Shown here one piece after another: positions 24,458-37,500 of a stretch of 64,000 bases of DNA. This DNA is from Sarea resinae. Its lineage: Eukaryota. How positions within the stretch are numbered: position 1 is the first letter of the stretch; every line of letters begins with the position of its first letter. The notes under the pieces are model-generated. The model had not been told where the DNA came from, searched no databases, and worked only from the letters and a program-made list of their open reading frames with translations. Made by a program: the position numbers and the translations under genes. The stretch lies in the NCBI GenBank assembly GCA_026026165.1, contig JAPEUD010000001.1:62001-126000 (forward strand), in the 5' to 3' direction.

Positions 24458-25597
24458 AAGAGTGCGAAGCCTCTGGAGAGCATCGGTGAGACTTCATCAC
24501 GATACACATCTTCTAGTGGCATGACAGATTGCGTCCGCCTCTCCATATTTTTCCTTAATTGTCTTCCTTCAACAGACTTAGACCTTTCTTTTCATGCTCC
24601 TCTTCTAGCTCTGGCTCGCTCAAGTCTCTCGACAGACTGCATGTTAGCGACCACGAGTACTGCAGTATTTCCTCGGCGATGCTTTTCGGTTCTTGAGATA
24701 CTCTCCTCCATCAGGCTGGGTGCAGACGCGACGGACGAAGCTGCGTAGGAAGGTTACGAATGATTACGATGATGATGACGCGGAGGGAGGTGGGGATACT
24801 ATTGCAGTGGTGACTACCTAGTACTACTCCTTACTCCGGAGTCGATCAATGTGGTTTTGATCCACGGACCAATACGTACTGTGCCGGTCTGGTGTCGAAT
24901 GTGATGTTCGCGTGCCAAGATGCCTAATCGAGTTGCCATCAACGATGCGTCACGCAGCTGCCGGGATGAATAATGGATCAATGTGTCGTTGGTTGCCCGG
25001 TCGCTGTCGGTTGTCCTACCAACGGGGGGCCGCATGGAGAGACTTCCCGCAGCTCCCCCCTCTCGCCAAAGCTTAGGGGCATCGATTGATGCGACGACGT
25101 AGTACTCCGGAGTAGAGCTCCTTAGACCCTGCAGGAGGAGTGCCGTAGTCCCAGAATGTCTGTCATTTGTATGGGTCCAGGGATGGAGGGGAGCAGAGCA
25201 ACGAAAGATCCCATCACGTAGACAACCGCCGTCTGTCGCTCTCCCACGCTCCTTCGATCATTGCCAAAACATCTCCAATCTCCCGTTACATACCCATTCT
25301 CTTTTTTCCTTTTCTCCTACGAGATATCACCATCAAACTACCTAATCGTGAAATCCCAAGCTCACTCTCGACCTTGCTTCTCGCTCGTCTTGCTCCTCCC
25401 TCTCTCCCCGAGCACTCACGGGTTGGCATCCCTTGCTTCTTGCCTGGGGTTGTTCGCTTTCTCAAGAGCAGCGGCAGCATCTTTCTTCGATTGTCCAATG
25501 TGTCAATGATTTGAGCATTCGTCCCGTCAAGTCAAATAAGCCCTGTCGGCGATTGGCAACTCTACGCGGTTGGATCGGTTGGATCACCGCCGCTGCG

Positions 25598-28159
25598 ATG
25601 GCTAGGCTGGCTGCCTTCAATCCCTTGACCATGGCGCGACAGAAAGGCCAACGTCGATACTCATCTTTGCCCACCGATGATCATCTGTCTCCAGTTCCAT
25701 CGCCGGATATTGAAAAGCAGGGCCACAAATTGCGTTCCTCCAATGATCACTACGACTACGACTCTCCTACCTCGGGTTCTTCCTCTCGCGCAACATCAGA
25801 CTCTTACGAGCCAATGCTTCCAGCTCGTCGGCCCAAGCCGAGACGAAAGGCTCCCTATCGTTACCGGATACCGCACAAGACCACGAGATATCTATGTCTC
25901 GCTTTAGGATCGACAATGATAATCTTGATCCTCAGCTTAGTAAGAATGAGCTATTCGTCCGCGAGGCAGGTCGAGACAGGACCGGTCCAAAGCAGGCCGA
26001 TGGCGAGGCCTCCGCAATGGGACGAGTTCCCGTTTCTCAAGAGATATTATGGCGGAATACGGACCTTGTTATCGAGGAGTCAAAATGTTCCGGAATACCC
26101 GCGTTTGAGCGAAGATGAGGCAGCGGCCGAAGCTTCTTCCACGCCTACTTCATCAGCATCGAATCCCACTCGTCGCGAGGAAGATTTTCCTTCCAGCAGA
26201 CCCTTCCATCCGTATCCGGATTATTCGTCGGCTGCGTACCTGGCGGACTATGAGCCGGTGTCGGAATGTTTCTTGGACGCCAATGCGACCGTTCGCATCC
26301 CCGAAGTCCAATCATACGATGGCATACCTAGTGGATTGCCGGATGCTGTTATGGGCTCCTATGAGCTTTTGGGCCTGCGCGACGACATCTGTTTCGAGCG
26401 ATATGGCAGATTGGGACCGTATGGTTATGGCTACAGCAAGAAGATGGGAGGAATAGGTGCGGGCTTGCACGGCGATCGACAGGGGATAGAGAGCACGTGG
26501 GAAACGGATGCCCAGGTCAACTTTAAGGGAATAAGGTGGGCCGAGGTGCAGCAAAGATGTGCTACAGCAAATAGTCATCGTTTCAAGCCCATCACGACTG
26601 GTAGACATCACTTCTATCAGACCATGGCGGTTGCTGGGCCAGAGGATGAAGCCGAAGCGACTCGCGATAGAACCGTCCAGCAGAGAAGTGAGAAGGCGCA
26701 GGAGAAGTCAGCGCCAGATCCATTGCCTACTGGTACAGTATTGCCGTCGGCCGCCAGCAGTGGAGGGAAAAAGCTTCTTCCCCGCACTGCTGTCATAATT
26801 CGCACCTGGTGGGACTTGAAGTACACCGAGGAGAGCATCATCTATCTACGCTCCCTGATCTCCGAGCTTTCTTTACTCTCTGGTGGAGAGTACACAGTCC
26901 ACTTCCTCATCCATGTCAGAGATGACAACATGCAGATCTGGGCAGACGACGACACCTATCAACGCGTCCTCAATGACGCACTGCCCGAAGAGTTTCGAGG
27001 CATGGGGACATTGTGGTCCGAGAGACAGATGGGGTTGGTTTACGGTGGACTGCAAGAAAGTTTCTATCGCAAGCTGCCCGTCCATGGTGCATACCGCAGC
27101 ACCTTCATGCCAATGCAATATTTCGCACACCAGCATCCCGAGTATGACTATTTCTGGCAGTGGGAGATGGATGTGCGATATACGGGTCAGTACTATCATC
27201 TCTTCGACTCTGTCAGCAAATGGGCCAAGGAACAGCCGCGCAAGGGTCTTTGGGAACGTAACAGTCGTTTCTATATACCTTCCGTTCACGGAACGTGGGA
27301 AGACTTTAAGCAGATGGTTCGCGTGCAGACGGAAATTGGCACCGATAGCGCCAACAATATCTGGAGTGCCATGAGGGCCTCGGATCCGCATTCCACCAAC
27401 CAGAATCAGCCAAAGACTGACAAGCCCATCTGGGGGCCGGAGCGATCGGAATGGGACGATCTCGAGACCAAGGATGACCCGGTTCCGCCGACTTCATACG
27501 AGAAAGATCGTTACACATGGGGCGTTGGAGAGGAAGCTGATCTCATCTCTTTCAATCCGCTCTTCGACCCCGACAGCACCACGTGGCTCCTAGCAGAGGA
27601 CGTCACAGGGTACAACACCACCTCTGGGCTACCGCCTCGACGAGCGGCCATCATTACCGCGTCGCGCCTCTCGCGTCGCCTGCTCGAGACCATGCATCGC
27701 GAGACGGCTCTCAAGCGCCACACGATGTTCTCGGAGATGTGGCCGGGCTCTGTGGCGCTCCAGCACGGACTCAAAGCCGTCTACGCGCCTCATCCCGTCT
27801 ACATCGACCGCAAGTGGCCGACGTCGTACCTGAACGCGGTCATGAACGGTGGCCGGAACGGCGCCGCGGGCGGGGCACGCACCAGCGCTTTCGGCGAGCG
27901 CGAGCACAATTTCCGCGGCGTCACGTGGTACTACAATGCAGGCTTCTCGCCGAACCTCTGGCGCCGGTGGTTGGGCTTCCGGATCGACAACGGGGGCGGC
28001 GAGGAAGAAGAGGTGGCCAAAGAGGGCCGCATGTGCTTACCTGGCGTGCTGGTGCACCCCGTCAAGACTGTAGATCTGATTATCGAGAACGAGAGCGCCG
28101 ACGAGGGCAAAAGAGAAGAGGCGGAGATTGAGAAGAAGAAGAAGGAGGGTCAGCATTAG
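25598..28159 (+). CDS. DUF3405-family type II membrane protein
   Basis: Long intronless ORF; likely ATG 25598 (alternative 25631). TM YLCLALGSTMIILILSLV; motifs CFERYGRLGPYGYG, RTAVIIR, LRSLISELSLLSGGEYTVH, YFWQWEMDVRYTG, QPRKGLWERN, WGVGEEADLI, SEMWP..VALQHGLKAVYAPHP, HPVK. Confidence 0.88.
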   Translation: MARLAAFNPLTMARQKGQRRYSSLPTDDHLSPVPSPDIEKQGHKLRSSNDHYDYDSPTSGSSSRATSDSYEPMLPARRPKPRRKAPYRYRIPHKTTRYLCLALGSTMIILILSLVRMSYSSARQVETGPVQSRPMARPPQWDEFPFLKRYYGGIRTLLSRSQNVPEYPRLSEDEAAAEASSTPTSSASNPTRREEDFPSSRPFHPYPDYSSAAYLADYEPVSECFLDANATVRIPEVQSYDGIPSGLPDAVMGSYELLGLRDDICFERYGRLGPYGYGYSKKMGGIGAGLHGDRQGIESTWETDAQVNFKGIRWAEVQQRCATANSHRFKPITTGRHHFYQTMAVAGPEDEAEATRDRTVQQRSEKAQEKSAPDPLPTGTVLPSAASSGGKKLLPRTAVIIRTWWDLKYTEESIIYLRSLISELSLLSGGEYTVHFLIHVRDDNMQIWADDDTYQRVLNDALPEEFRGMGTLWSERQMGLVYGGLQESFYRKLPVHGAYRSTFMPMQYFAHQHPEYDYFWQWEMDVRYTGQYYHLFDSVSKWAKEQPRKGLWERNSRFYIPSVHGTWEDFKQMVRVQTEIGTDSANNIWSAMRASDPHSTNQNQPKTDKPIWGPERSEWDDLETKDDPVPPTSYEKDRYTWGVGEEADLISFNPLFDPDSTTWLLAEDVTGYNTTSGLPPRRAAIITASRLSRRLLETMHRETALKRHTMFSEMWPGSVALQHGLKAVYAPHPVYIDRKWPTSYLNAVMNGGRNGAAGGARTSAFGEREHNFRGVTWYYNAGFSPNLWRRWLGFRIDNGGGEEEEVAKEGRMCLPGVLVHPVKTVDLIIENESADEGKREEAEIEKKKKEGQH

Positions 28160-28639
28160 CCATAGCCCAATGGTTTGACCGTCAAGCGTGCGTTTGTGAC
28201 CCGACGTCGGCGGGGCTGGCTTTGAGCGTTTGGGTTACATGTCCCCATTCCTCTCTGTTTTGCTGTCCATGGTCCTGGTCTGGGAGTTTCAGCCATGCCG
28301 ATTTTTTTGTTTATCATTCTGTCAGTGCATTGCATTGCATCCACAAGGGCGTTTTTTTGGGAGTTCGGTCGGTCCGGTCCGGTCCGCCTAGGACACTTTT
28401 CGCGAAGAGGCGATATGGGCATGGGCGTGGGTTTGTTCGTTTGTTTGTTTGTTTTGTTTTGTTTTTCGTATGATCAGTCGTCCGTGTTTGTCATTTTCAT
28501 GTCTCCTCCTGATCGTTGTGACTGCGACTCCGATGATGAGTGAGCGCGTGTGTGGCGGCTGGTGTTGAGTGCCAGAAGACTACTAGGTAGGTATCTAGTC
28601 TGGTCTGGTATATATATAGTTTGAATAAATAAAGACTGC

Positions 28640-28675
<36 letters not shown>

Positions 28676-29319
28676 GTAGAAATCGAAAGACCAAGATGCA
28701 AGGAAAAGTGCCAGATCGTTCGTACGTACGTATGTATGTATGTACGTGTATGAAGAGCACCACGTGTGTGGGTGTGCTGCGTGCAGGTTCTATAAAAGTT
28801 TAGAATAGTATCTGTCTGTCTGTCTATCTAATCTATCTATCTGTCTATCTAGGTATGATTTAGTTTGATGCAGCTTAAGAATGTAAGAATAGAGTAGTCT
28901 CGAGATCTGATTTTTCATGTGAGTGTGTGTGTGTGTGGGGGGGGGAGGGAAGGGGTTGTAGCAAATATGGACTGGCCTAGAAAAACATATTCCTCCCTCA
29001 TCGCTTGGGTACCGTACGGGGCAGGGCAGATGGTGCCTTTTTTTCTTTTTCTTTTTCTTTTCTTGGGTGGGGGTGGACGAGCCATTTTTCTCTTCTGCTT
29101 AGGTTGAGGTTATATGGGCCTTTGCAGTCCCGAACGTCGCTCTTCAAGGGTCTGCGCATCTCTTCCTGGCCAGCATCGCGCGTCATGTCGCAGGGAGAAA
29201 CACTACGAGGCAGGGGCTTTCGAGCGGGAAAGAAAGGTGAACATTGCTTCTATCATCTCCTCGGGTCGGCAAAGGTTACGGTTCGGATATGCGCGGCCAA
29301 CTTGGGCCTACTATCTTTT

Positions 29320-31089
29320 TCAGTTTCGGATAGAAAGCCATGGATGTTTGAGCATGTCTGCCGCTGATTTCCTGTTCTCCGGATCAACGGCTAGCATGCC
29401 CTCTAGGAAATCAACAAAAATAGGCACCTCGGTCTGCGGCATGTCTTTTGGTCTTCGAAGGACCTCGTGGTCGCCATCCATCAATGAGAGAAGAGACGCA
29501 GGCGAGAGCTTTCGTATGCGAAGTAGGTTCCCTAATAATGAAAGGTCAGCATGTCGTAAGTAGATTCTTGGATATGTATGAGTTTCCAGTCTTCTTGCAG
29601 TCATGTCATCTTAACAAACCGATGACGGTGAAGTTCTAAGACAAAGGCGGCGTGAGGTATAACGCAGAGCTCTTTAAGTGGCATACCTTCATTGTCAAAG
29701 AATTCTCGAGCTCTGGCGCCTCTCTTCAGGAGAGCTTCAGGAAACGGTCCGAAAGCTTCTATGAGTTGTGCGAGTCGGTCGTCCTCCGCTGTCCACGTCC
29801 CGTTTCGGGATGCGGTCCCGGGAAACGAGAGGTGTCCTTTGACGAATTCCATCATCTGCATATCAAATCAATGTCTTCAATCGCTTGCCACATGTAAACT
29901 TAACCGCGGCGGACAGGACGACATACAAGACACCCTAGGCTCCAGATATCGACACCCGTGCTCCACGGAGCGCCCAGCGTCACTTCCGGTGCCCGGAGAT
30001 GCGGTGACTGGATGAGCTCGGATAGATGCCGATTTACCCAAGATGCTATGAGTCAAGGATTAGTGACTTTCGAGAGGCCTGAAAACGAAGGTCCGGCGAG
30101 AAAGGAATAACCCACAGACTCCGAAATCGATAATCCTTACGCGAAAGTCATCCATTTCGGAGATTAATGGTGTGGTGATGACTTCACTCAGTGGCGTCGG
30201 TATTGCGGTTTTCTCGTGGCCAGTGTCAACTTCTCCAAGCCGTGTGCGCTTGGACTGAGATGTCCGTACTGTTGTCTGTTCCAAGTAGCTTGAAATGACA
30301 GCCTCGGGATCATTCAACTCAAGTAGTATATTTGAAGGCTTCAGATCTGTACTCATGATCAATCATCAGTCGAAATTTGAGAAGCGAGACCAAACCTGCC
30401 AGAGATTCAAAGGGCTGGAAATACCTGTGTGTATAACGCCGCATTCTCGGTGTAAAAAATCAAGCCCCTGAAGCAGTTGTCGAGCTACTTCTTTCATCAC
30501 CGCTACTGGTATACGCGATTGCTCAAACTTTGCGGCTTGAAGGCCTAAATGATGTCCCAGAACAGGAAACACAAGACAGACGTGATCTCCATTCGCTCCC
30601 TTGTGATGAAAGTGATCGAGAAGTTGGATGACATGGTTCCATCCAGGATTGGTAGATAGGTGCGATTTTTGCTGGATATGCTGCAGCATTTCGAGTTCGA
30701 AGATGTCGTGATTCCCATCATAACAATCTGATCTCAGAACTTTTATAGCCACGTGCGTTTGCGTCCTGTAAGAATACGATCAGCCGATCAATGCTCCTGT
30801 ACAGCATTCTCAATGGAGTCTCAATGGAGACTTACCTCGAATCACGCGCCAGCCAAACTGTGCAATACTGTCCATGTCCTAGCTTTCGCAAAGCAGTGTA
30901 CCTCTCGCCATTGAACTTGTCGCCTAGACTGACGCGACTGAATAATTCACCATGAGGGTTCGCTCCTTCTTCGGGAAGTCGAGTACCTGGCGACAGATCC
31001 GTTGCAAGCGCTTTGGATGGCGTTGACTTTTCTAGTGCTCGAGTCAATATTCTCCATAGCCGTGCCGCGACTGAGGGGCGCTGTGCCAT
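29320..31089 (-). CDS. SRPK-like (CMGC) serine/threonine protein kinase
   Basis: Exons 31089-30836, 30765-30425, 30346-30116, 30045-29927, 29855-29687, 29531-29320 join in frame. RKLGHGQYCTVWLA, VAIK, HVCLVF, IHTDLKPSN, IIDFG, IQSPHLRAPEV, DIWSLGC, DPENRKSAADMLKHPWL. Confidence 0.9.
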
Positions 31090-32098
31090 GATGTGTCTGC
31101 TGACAGGAGGTATCTACCAACACAGGTGGAATAAATACTACTGCTTATAGGTACTCTTTACTCCTTTTCGGGACCGAGACCATTCATCATTCTTGGATAG
31201 ACACAGGTGGTCAAGAAAATTGGCATTCCTTTCTCAATATTCTCGTCGATGATTTGTTTGAAGTGGCTTGTCCTCTTTGGAATAATTGACTAAAGCAACA
31301 ATCAATCATTGAATTCTTGAGCGCTATGTACGTTTCATTCTTTCTGAGCAGCACCAAGTAATTGCTGATTCTGCTCCTCAGGAGGGGCGGGTTTGAGGAC
31401 CCATGTCGAGAAGGAGATATACAATGACACCCTCATATCCTTCCAGTAGTGAATTGAAAGCTACCGAGACTACCCGTGGGAGAAGCTTTTATCGAAGCAG
31501 ATGACAAGCTCGTACCATGAGTCCCGAAGGGCATGATGAAGCACATGGTCCGTCGAATACTAGCACTTGCGGGTACTGCGGACTTTCGATTTGAAGATGA
31601 GGGATCTTGATGCCATCAAGACGCCCGTTGGACGCACGAGTGAAGCGCCCTTCACCTCATTACGTCGTACCTGAATTGGACCGAAGCGACCCCGCATCGG
31701 TCGGGTTCTGGGTTCTGTGTACTTTGACTTGTCAGTGTAGTTGGCGGTGCGCCTTGGTACTCCTTACTCGTCGCACTCGTCACTCCTGTCGATCACCAGA
31801 TTGGTCAGCACGAGATCGTCCGCGATGTCTCCAGCTATTTCGTCATGTCTCCACGCTTTGTGCCGGGCCGTCGATGGGGCATGGCGGCAGCTCAGCATGG
31901 GCCCAAATGCAGTATCCGGGGTGGGAGATCAGAGGAGTATTTGCTGCAAAACCCACGGGTCCCCCAGACTTCTTTTCTTTCTGCTGTACATATTCTATCA
32001 ATCACAGTGCTGAATCCGCTTCGATTCAGTTCAACTCATCCTCTTGAAGCCCAGCTCCGAACCCCTTCTCTCATTGTCCATAATAACTAACCAGCATC

Positions 32099-33372
32099 AT
32101 GGCGTCCATTACTCCCTACTCGATCAACGTGCCGGACGAGCAATTGAAGAAGCTGAAGCAGAAGCTCGAGCTCGCCGAGTTCCCAGACGAGCTTGAAGAG
32201 ACCGGCTGGGCCTACGGTGCTCCCCTGGCAGACATCAAGCGCTTGGCCGCATACTGGAAAGACGGGTTCGACTGGCGCAAGGCCGAGAAGCACCTCAACA
32301 CGTTCCCGCAGTTCACGACGCCCATCACGGTCGACGCCTTCAAGGAAGACCCGCTCGACATCCATTTCGTGCATCAGACCAGCCCCGTCAAGGGAGCCAT
32401 CCCGCTCCTCTTCGTCCACGGCTGGCCCGGCAGCTTCTACGAGGTGTTGAAGCTGCTGCCACTGCTGGCCAAGACCGACAAGGACGCCCCTGCTTTCCAC
32501 ATCGTGGCGCCGTCGCTGCCCAACTTTGGCTTCTCCGGCGTCGTCAAGAAGAAGGGCTTCGGACTGCATCACTACGCCGAAGTATGTCATAAGCTGATGC
32601 TCAAACTGGGCTACACCGAATACGGTATGTTTTTCCTCTTCCGGCTCTCGATCTCACATGAAATCTGACATCCCGACCAGCATCCCAAGGTGGCGACTGG
32701 GGCTTCTACATCACGCGCGCCATCGATCTCCTCTACCCCGAACACGTCAAAGCGTCGCACATGAACCTGGTGTTCGGGCACCCGCCATCCTTTACGTCGG
32801 AACCGCTGCAGGCGCTCAAGCACGCGGTGACGCCGTACACGGAAGCGGAAAAGGCCGGGCTGGCGCGGTCGCAGTGGTTCGTACAGGAAGGGTCGGGCTA
32901 CTTCTTGGAGCAGTCGACGAGGCCGCAGACGCTGGGCTACTCGTTGACGGACAGCCCCGTCGGCCTGCTGGCGTGGATCTACGAGAAGCTGCATGACTGG
33001 ACGGACAGCTACCCGTGGACCGACGACGAGGTGTTGACATGGATCTCCATCTACGCCTTCTCGACGGCCGGGCCCGCGGCCAGCGTGCGCATCTACTACG
33101 AGTGTTACCACCAGCTACGCTACGGCCGCACCGAGCTCGAGGGTTGGATCCCCACCGTGCCCATCGGCCTGAGCTATTTCCCCAAGGAGGTCTCGGTCGT
33201 GCCCAAGAGCTGGGGCCGCACCATGGGGCCCGTCGTCTACGAGGCCGAGTACGCGGCCGGCGGGCACTTTGCCGCGCACGAGAAGCCCGAGGATATCGCC
33301 AAGGATTTGAAGGCCATGTTCGGCAAGGGAGGGCCGACGTATGGGGTGGTCAAGGGCAAGGCGGGCTATTGA
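32099..33372 (+). CDS. Microsomal-type epoxide hydrolase (EHN + alpha/beta hydrolase)
   Basis: Exons 32099-32624, 32681-33372. Motifs [36 protein letters not shown] (nucleophile Asp), [21 protein letters not shown]. Confidence 0.94.
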
Positions 33373-33479
33373 TAGGAGATGCACCGACTTGAACGATGAC
33401 GACCATGTTTATAGAGCGCTCTAACGTTTGTGATTATTCTGTCAGGTAGTTAGTCTTATAAATATATATAAACAGCAAG

Positions 33480-33736
33480 TTTAAATCCTCTCTACCCTCT
33501 TTAGAGTAAGCTAGGAAAAAGGAAAAAGGAGAAAGGAGAAAGGAGCAAGGAAAAAGAAATAGTTAGAGAAATAAGTAAAGAAAAGAAAAAAGAAGAGATG
33601 AAAGGAAAAAGGCAGTGTCAGGCCGCCTCTTAGGCTTCTAGCTTAGTAGGTATAGTAGAGTAGATAGGATGGTCCCGATTGGCCCTAGCTCGAATACTGC
33701 GCGCCACCGGCGTCTTATCTATATAGCGAATCAAAG

Positions 33737-33773
<37 letters not shown>

Positions 33774-34510
33774 AATCGCCAGTAGGCACTGACTTTGTAA
33801 CTGCACTGGGGGCCAGCGTCCCCTACTGATCGGCCTATACAAGTATAACCCGACTCACCGGTCACCTGTGTGCTGCGTTTGATCCAAGGCCGCGTCAATG
33901 ATTGCTGGTGTGATTGAGCCTAGGTGGTGAGCCAGCACCTAAAGTTAGCATGCTTGACAGGGTTTCAACCTCCTCCTAGGGGCTTCCTACTACAACTAGC
34001 GAGCGCTTGCTGTTTAGATAAGCTGTAGTATTAGTTGTATCTTAGCTACCTACAGATATATAGTCCTAGAGAGATAGAAAGGATCATTCTAAGGAGCGCT
34101 ACACTATAGGTAGTAGGCAGATAGGTAGGTATAACGTAGACAGGCTAGGTTGTAGTAGTCTTTTTAATGTATATAGAAATAGGTTTACCTCATAACTGAG
34201 GCTTATAGATAGAGATAGATATAGTTATATCTATAGAGAGAGTAGAGATATAAGAAGGGTAAAGAGATATATAGAGAGCGAGAGAGTTCAGTTAGAGTAG
34301 AGAGTTATAGAGAGAGAATAGTATAAAAGGTTAAAGTAATATCTACTATATATATATATATAGAGAGAGATATATATATATATATATATATACATAAGGT
34401 ATATAGAGATAGCCAGGTATATGTATAGATATTCTAGTCTCTCTCTCCTCTCTCCTCTCTCCTCTCTCCTCTCTCCCTCTCCTCTCTCCTTCTCCTCTCT
34501 TCTCATTAAT
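33480..34510. repeat. Purine tract, (GAT)n, TpA-rich patch, (TA)n and (CT)n low-complexity zone
   Basis: Directly visible: A/G tract 33515-33610, (GAT)n about 33741-33773, TAG/TAT-rich 34010-34345, (TA)n 34346-34392, C/T tract 34438-34505. Confidence 0.8.
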
Positions 34511-37500
34511 CAGCTCTCCACCCTCCACTCTCTACCAGCAGATCATCGCCAAAAGATCGGTAGGGACACAAGACCTAGCTTGAAAACCAAACCAAACAAG
34601 AAAAAAACAAACCAACACGATCAACAGTCACCATGCCTTGTATACACATTATATGCATTAAGAGTCAATGATAGCCGCGCCGTTTGTTTAGGTCTCTACG
34701 TCGAACAGCCCAGAACAGAGCAGAGCAGAGACAAGTGAGCGATACGATATGGATGCGATAGCTATGCGATACGGATAGGGGAGAAGCCTGTGTTCTATTC
34801 ACTTCTCGTCTGGCTAAAACGTTTCCGTGACGATTTGCTATCTATGACCTCGGATCGACTGCTACCTACTGACGTCGGCTTGGTGGTGGTGGGGCAGTGA
34901 GCAGGTCACATATCATCAATCTCTCTATCCGTCTTGGATCGGGCGCTGATTTTGGTCGGGAGGATCAATCGATCATGACCCGGGCCAGCCTGGACGTGTG
35001 AGATTGTATGTGAGCTGGATGGGGATTCATTCAAACCGTCTCGAAGACGCCATTGCAAGGAGAGAGAGAAAAGGTGATGTGTGAATATAAAGGAGAATCA
35101 CAAGAGAAAGGAGATCCCAAGTCTGGATACGGGGGTAAAGAGCAGCGCTCGAGTCGATGAGAGGAAACAAAAGGAGCAGAGAATAAAGTCGCGCGGTCAG
35201 ATCAATTCATTATCGGCCCTGATAGACATGAATCGTGTCAGGTCAGACGTGGCTGGTAACCACGGCCAGGGTCATGACTCTGCTGGAGACAGTGAAGAGA
35301 CAGTCGGTTCGTGCCTTGAGTGTATGATTGACTCCTTAGGGTGAATAACCTGAGGAAATTAAGTCAAGTCAAAGATCCAGTCGTTGTGAGTCATGTTGCT
35401 TTGCTGAACGTCAACCCCGAATGAACAAAGGAAATCCACCAAAGACGTCGCAGACCTGATGCGCCAGAAGTGGCCAACGATAGAGTACTTCAGTATATGC
35501 CGTAATTATTAACGTATCCCCAATGATGCCCCGCAACGTCAACGACCCTATTCAAGTAACGATGACCGGTCAAGCTTTGCTCGAGGAGCTGAGCCGGCGC
35601 ATCATGGTGCTCTGTGCATCATCGTTGATGCTCCTGGGCTCCCCTGCGGCGTGAGGCAATACCGAGATAGGTAAGGCTCTCGGACGTGAGGCGACGGGAA
35701 CTAACCCCAGTACGTGCTCCGGAGTAGGGTGTATGGAGTACCCGCTCCGAGATTTTTCCGGATCGGCCTCTTGCTAGGACCGAAATGGGATATCGCCATG
35801 TAAATCTTCACTCAATCGTTCTGGCTCGGTAGGCCTTGATGGGTTAGCAATGGGATGCAGATCTCCATGCAGTGAAGCACTTGGGACGAGAGGGGAATGG
35901 TTTCGATTCGAGTATGCACTGTGAACGGTGGCGGAGGGGCAAGATGCGTACGGACTACTCAGAGTATGAGCAATGAAGTGTCTTGCTCCGGAAATTTTGT
36001 GTGGAGATGCATTGGTTTGAGGTAAGTGAGGGGCCTAGCGAGGTAAGGGTACTGTACTCCGTAATAGAGGATCCATCGGTTGGGATCTCAGAGATCTAGA
36101 AAATGAGTCTTTGAGATATTCCATAAATCATATGAAAATGCAGAATATTAGGAATGTCCTGATTGGTCCGTGATGTAGATAGTGTAAGCAAGTAAAAGCC
36201 TGGCAGGATTCCCTATGAAGGCTCGAGCTGAGCCCCAATAGAGGAGTGCGTCATAACAAGAGAAAATTGACGCATGGAAAGTCCCTAGGCCCTTTCCTCT
36301 TGAAGAATCCTCTTCGGAGATCAGAAAGCTAGCATGATCGGCATCAGTAATCATTCAATGCCTGCGTATGAGATTATGTATTTGCAAGCATGGCAAGTGC
36401 CGATTCATCATTGCTGACTGCCAGAAGGAACCTTGGTGGACTGGTGGATAGACAGATGCCCTAACTCTACTCGTAACCTACTACTCTGGAGTACTTCATG
36501 TGTAAGTGATGCGGACAACATTGAAAGGATCAAGGGGGCAGGAGTAAGGTATTTCCGATCGTCGATTGCCTCCAGCTGCACCCGTGAACCACTTCGAGAG
36601 GTACCTACTCCAAGTACCTGATAGGATAGCAAGCGGAGATGCTGCCGGACCGGGTTTCTCCGACCCCCAGTTGCAGATTACTACAGGTAGAGTAGGGCAT
36701 CCAACGTATTGGATGTACATAGTAGGCAGAGGTAGAGATCGAGATGTTGCAGGCAAAAGCGAGATAGAGGCGTACTCTAGACTCGATGCATGCAGTGGAT
36801 AGCAAGAGAGGGAGCATCTCGACGTCAGAGATGCCTCAGCCGTAGCACTGACCACTTGCTCATCACTGAATTCTCATCGCCATGTCGTCTGCGGGTGCAC
36901 AGCGGTGTGCGAAGACGAAGACGAAGACGACCTTCAGGTTCACGGCACTTCAAGTCGAGGCTCGACCATCTCGGCACTTGGTGTCTGGAGGGTATTGATG
37001 AGTAAGCGGAAGAGAGGAAATTGGAAAGAATGACTGGATAGAGGGAAGGATCCTTGGAGGTCGAGGGATCATTACTTGCAGAGCTGTAAGCTACGGACTT
37101 CGAGAAAGGTAAGGTAGGATGAGTACCTGAATAGTACTAAGTACTGGGGCAATTGGTGCCAACTCACCCCCAGGGAACTGCCCTTGCTACGTTACTACGA
37201 GTACTGTGCGCATGCCCACCATTACCATGGAATGAGTGGGCGGCTTGAGGTATTTCGTATAAGTAAACTGCAATGACAATGTCAGGTCCGAATACTCGAA
37301 GCTCAGCCATGGAACGCCTGAGCGAGAGCTCAAAATGGCCCCGTGATTCTGGGATCTTTTTGCCCATGAATCCATCTGGTAATGCCGATGACAGCCGTCG
37401 CACATAACTGGATACAAAGATGAAGCACAAAGTCTCGGTGGTCATGAGTTCGTCCTGTACGTATGGAGTAGTACGAGTACTCTGGTCTCTGGTCTCTGGT

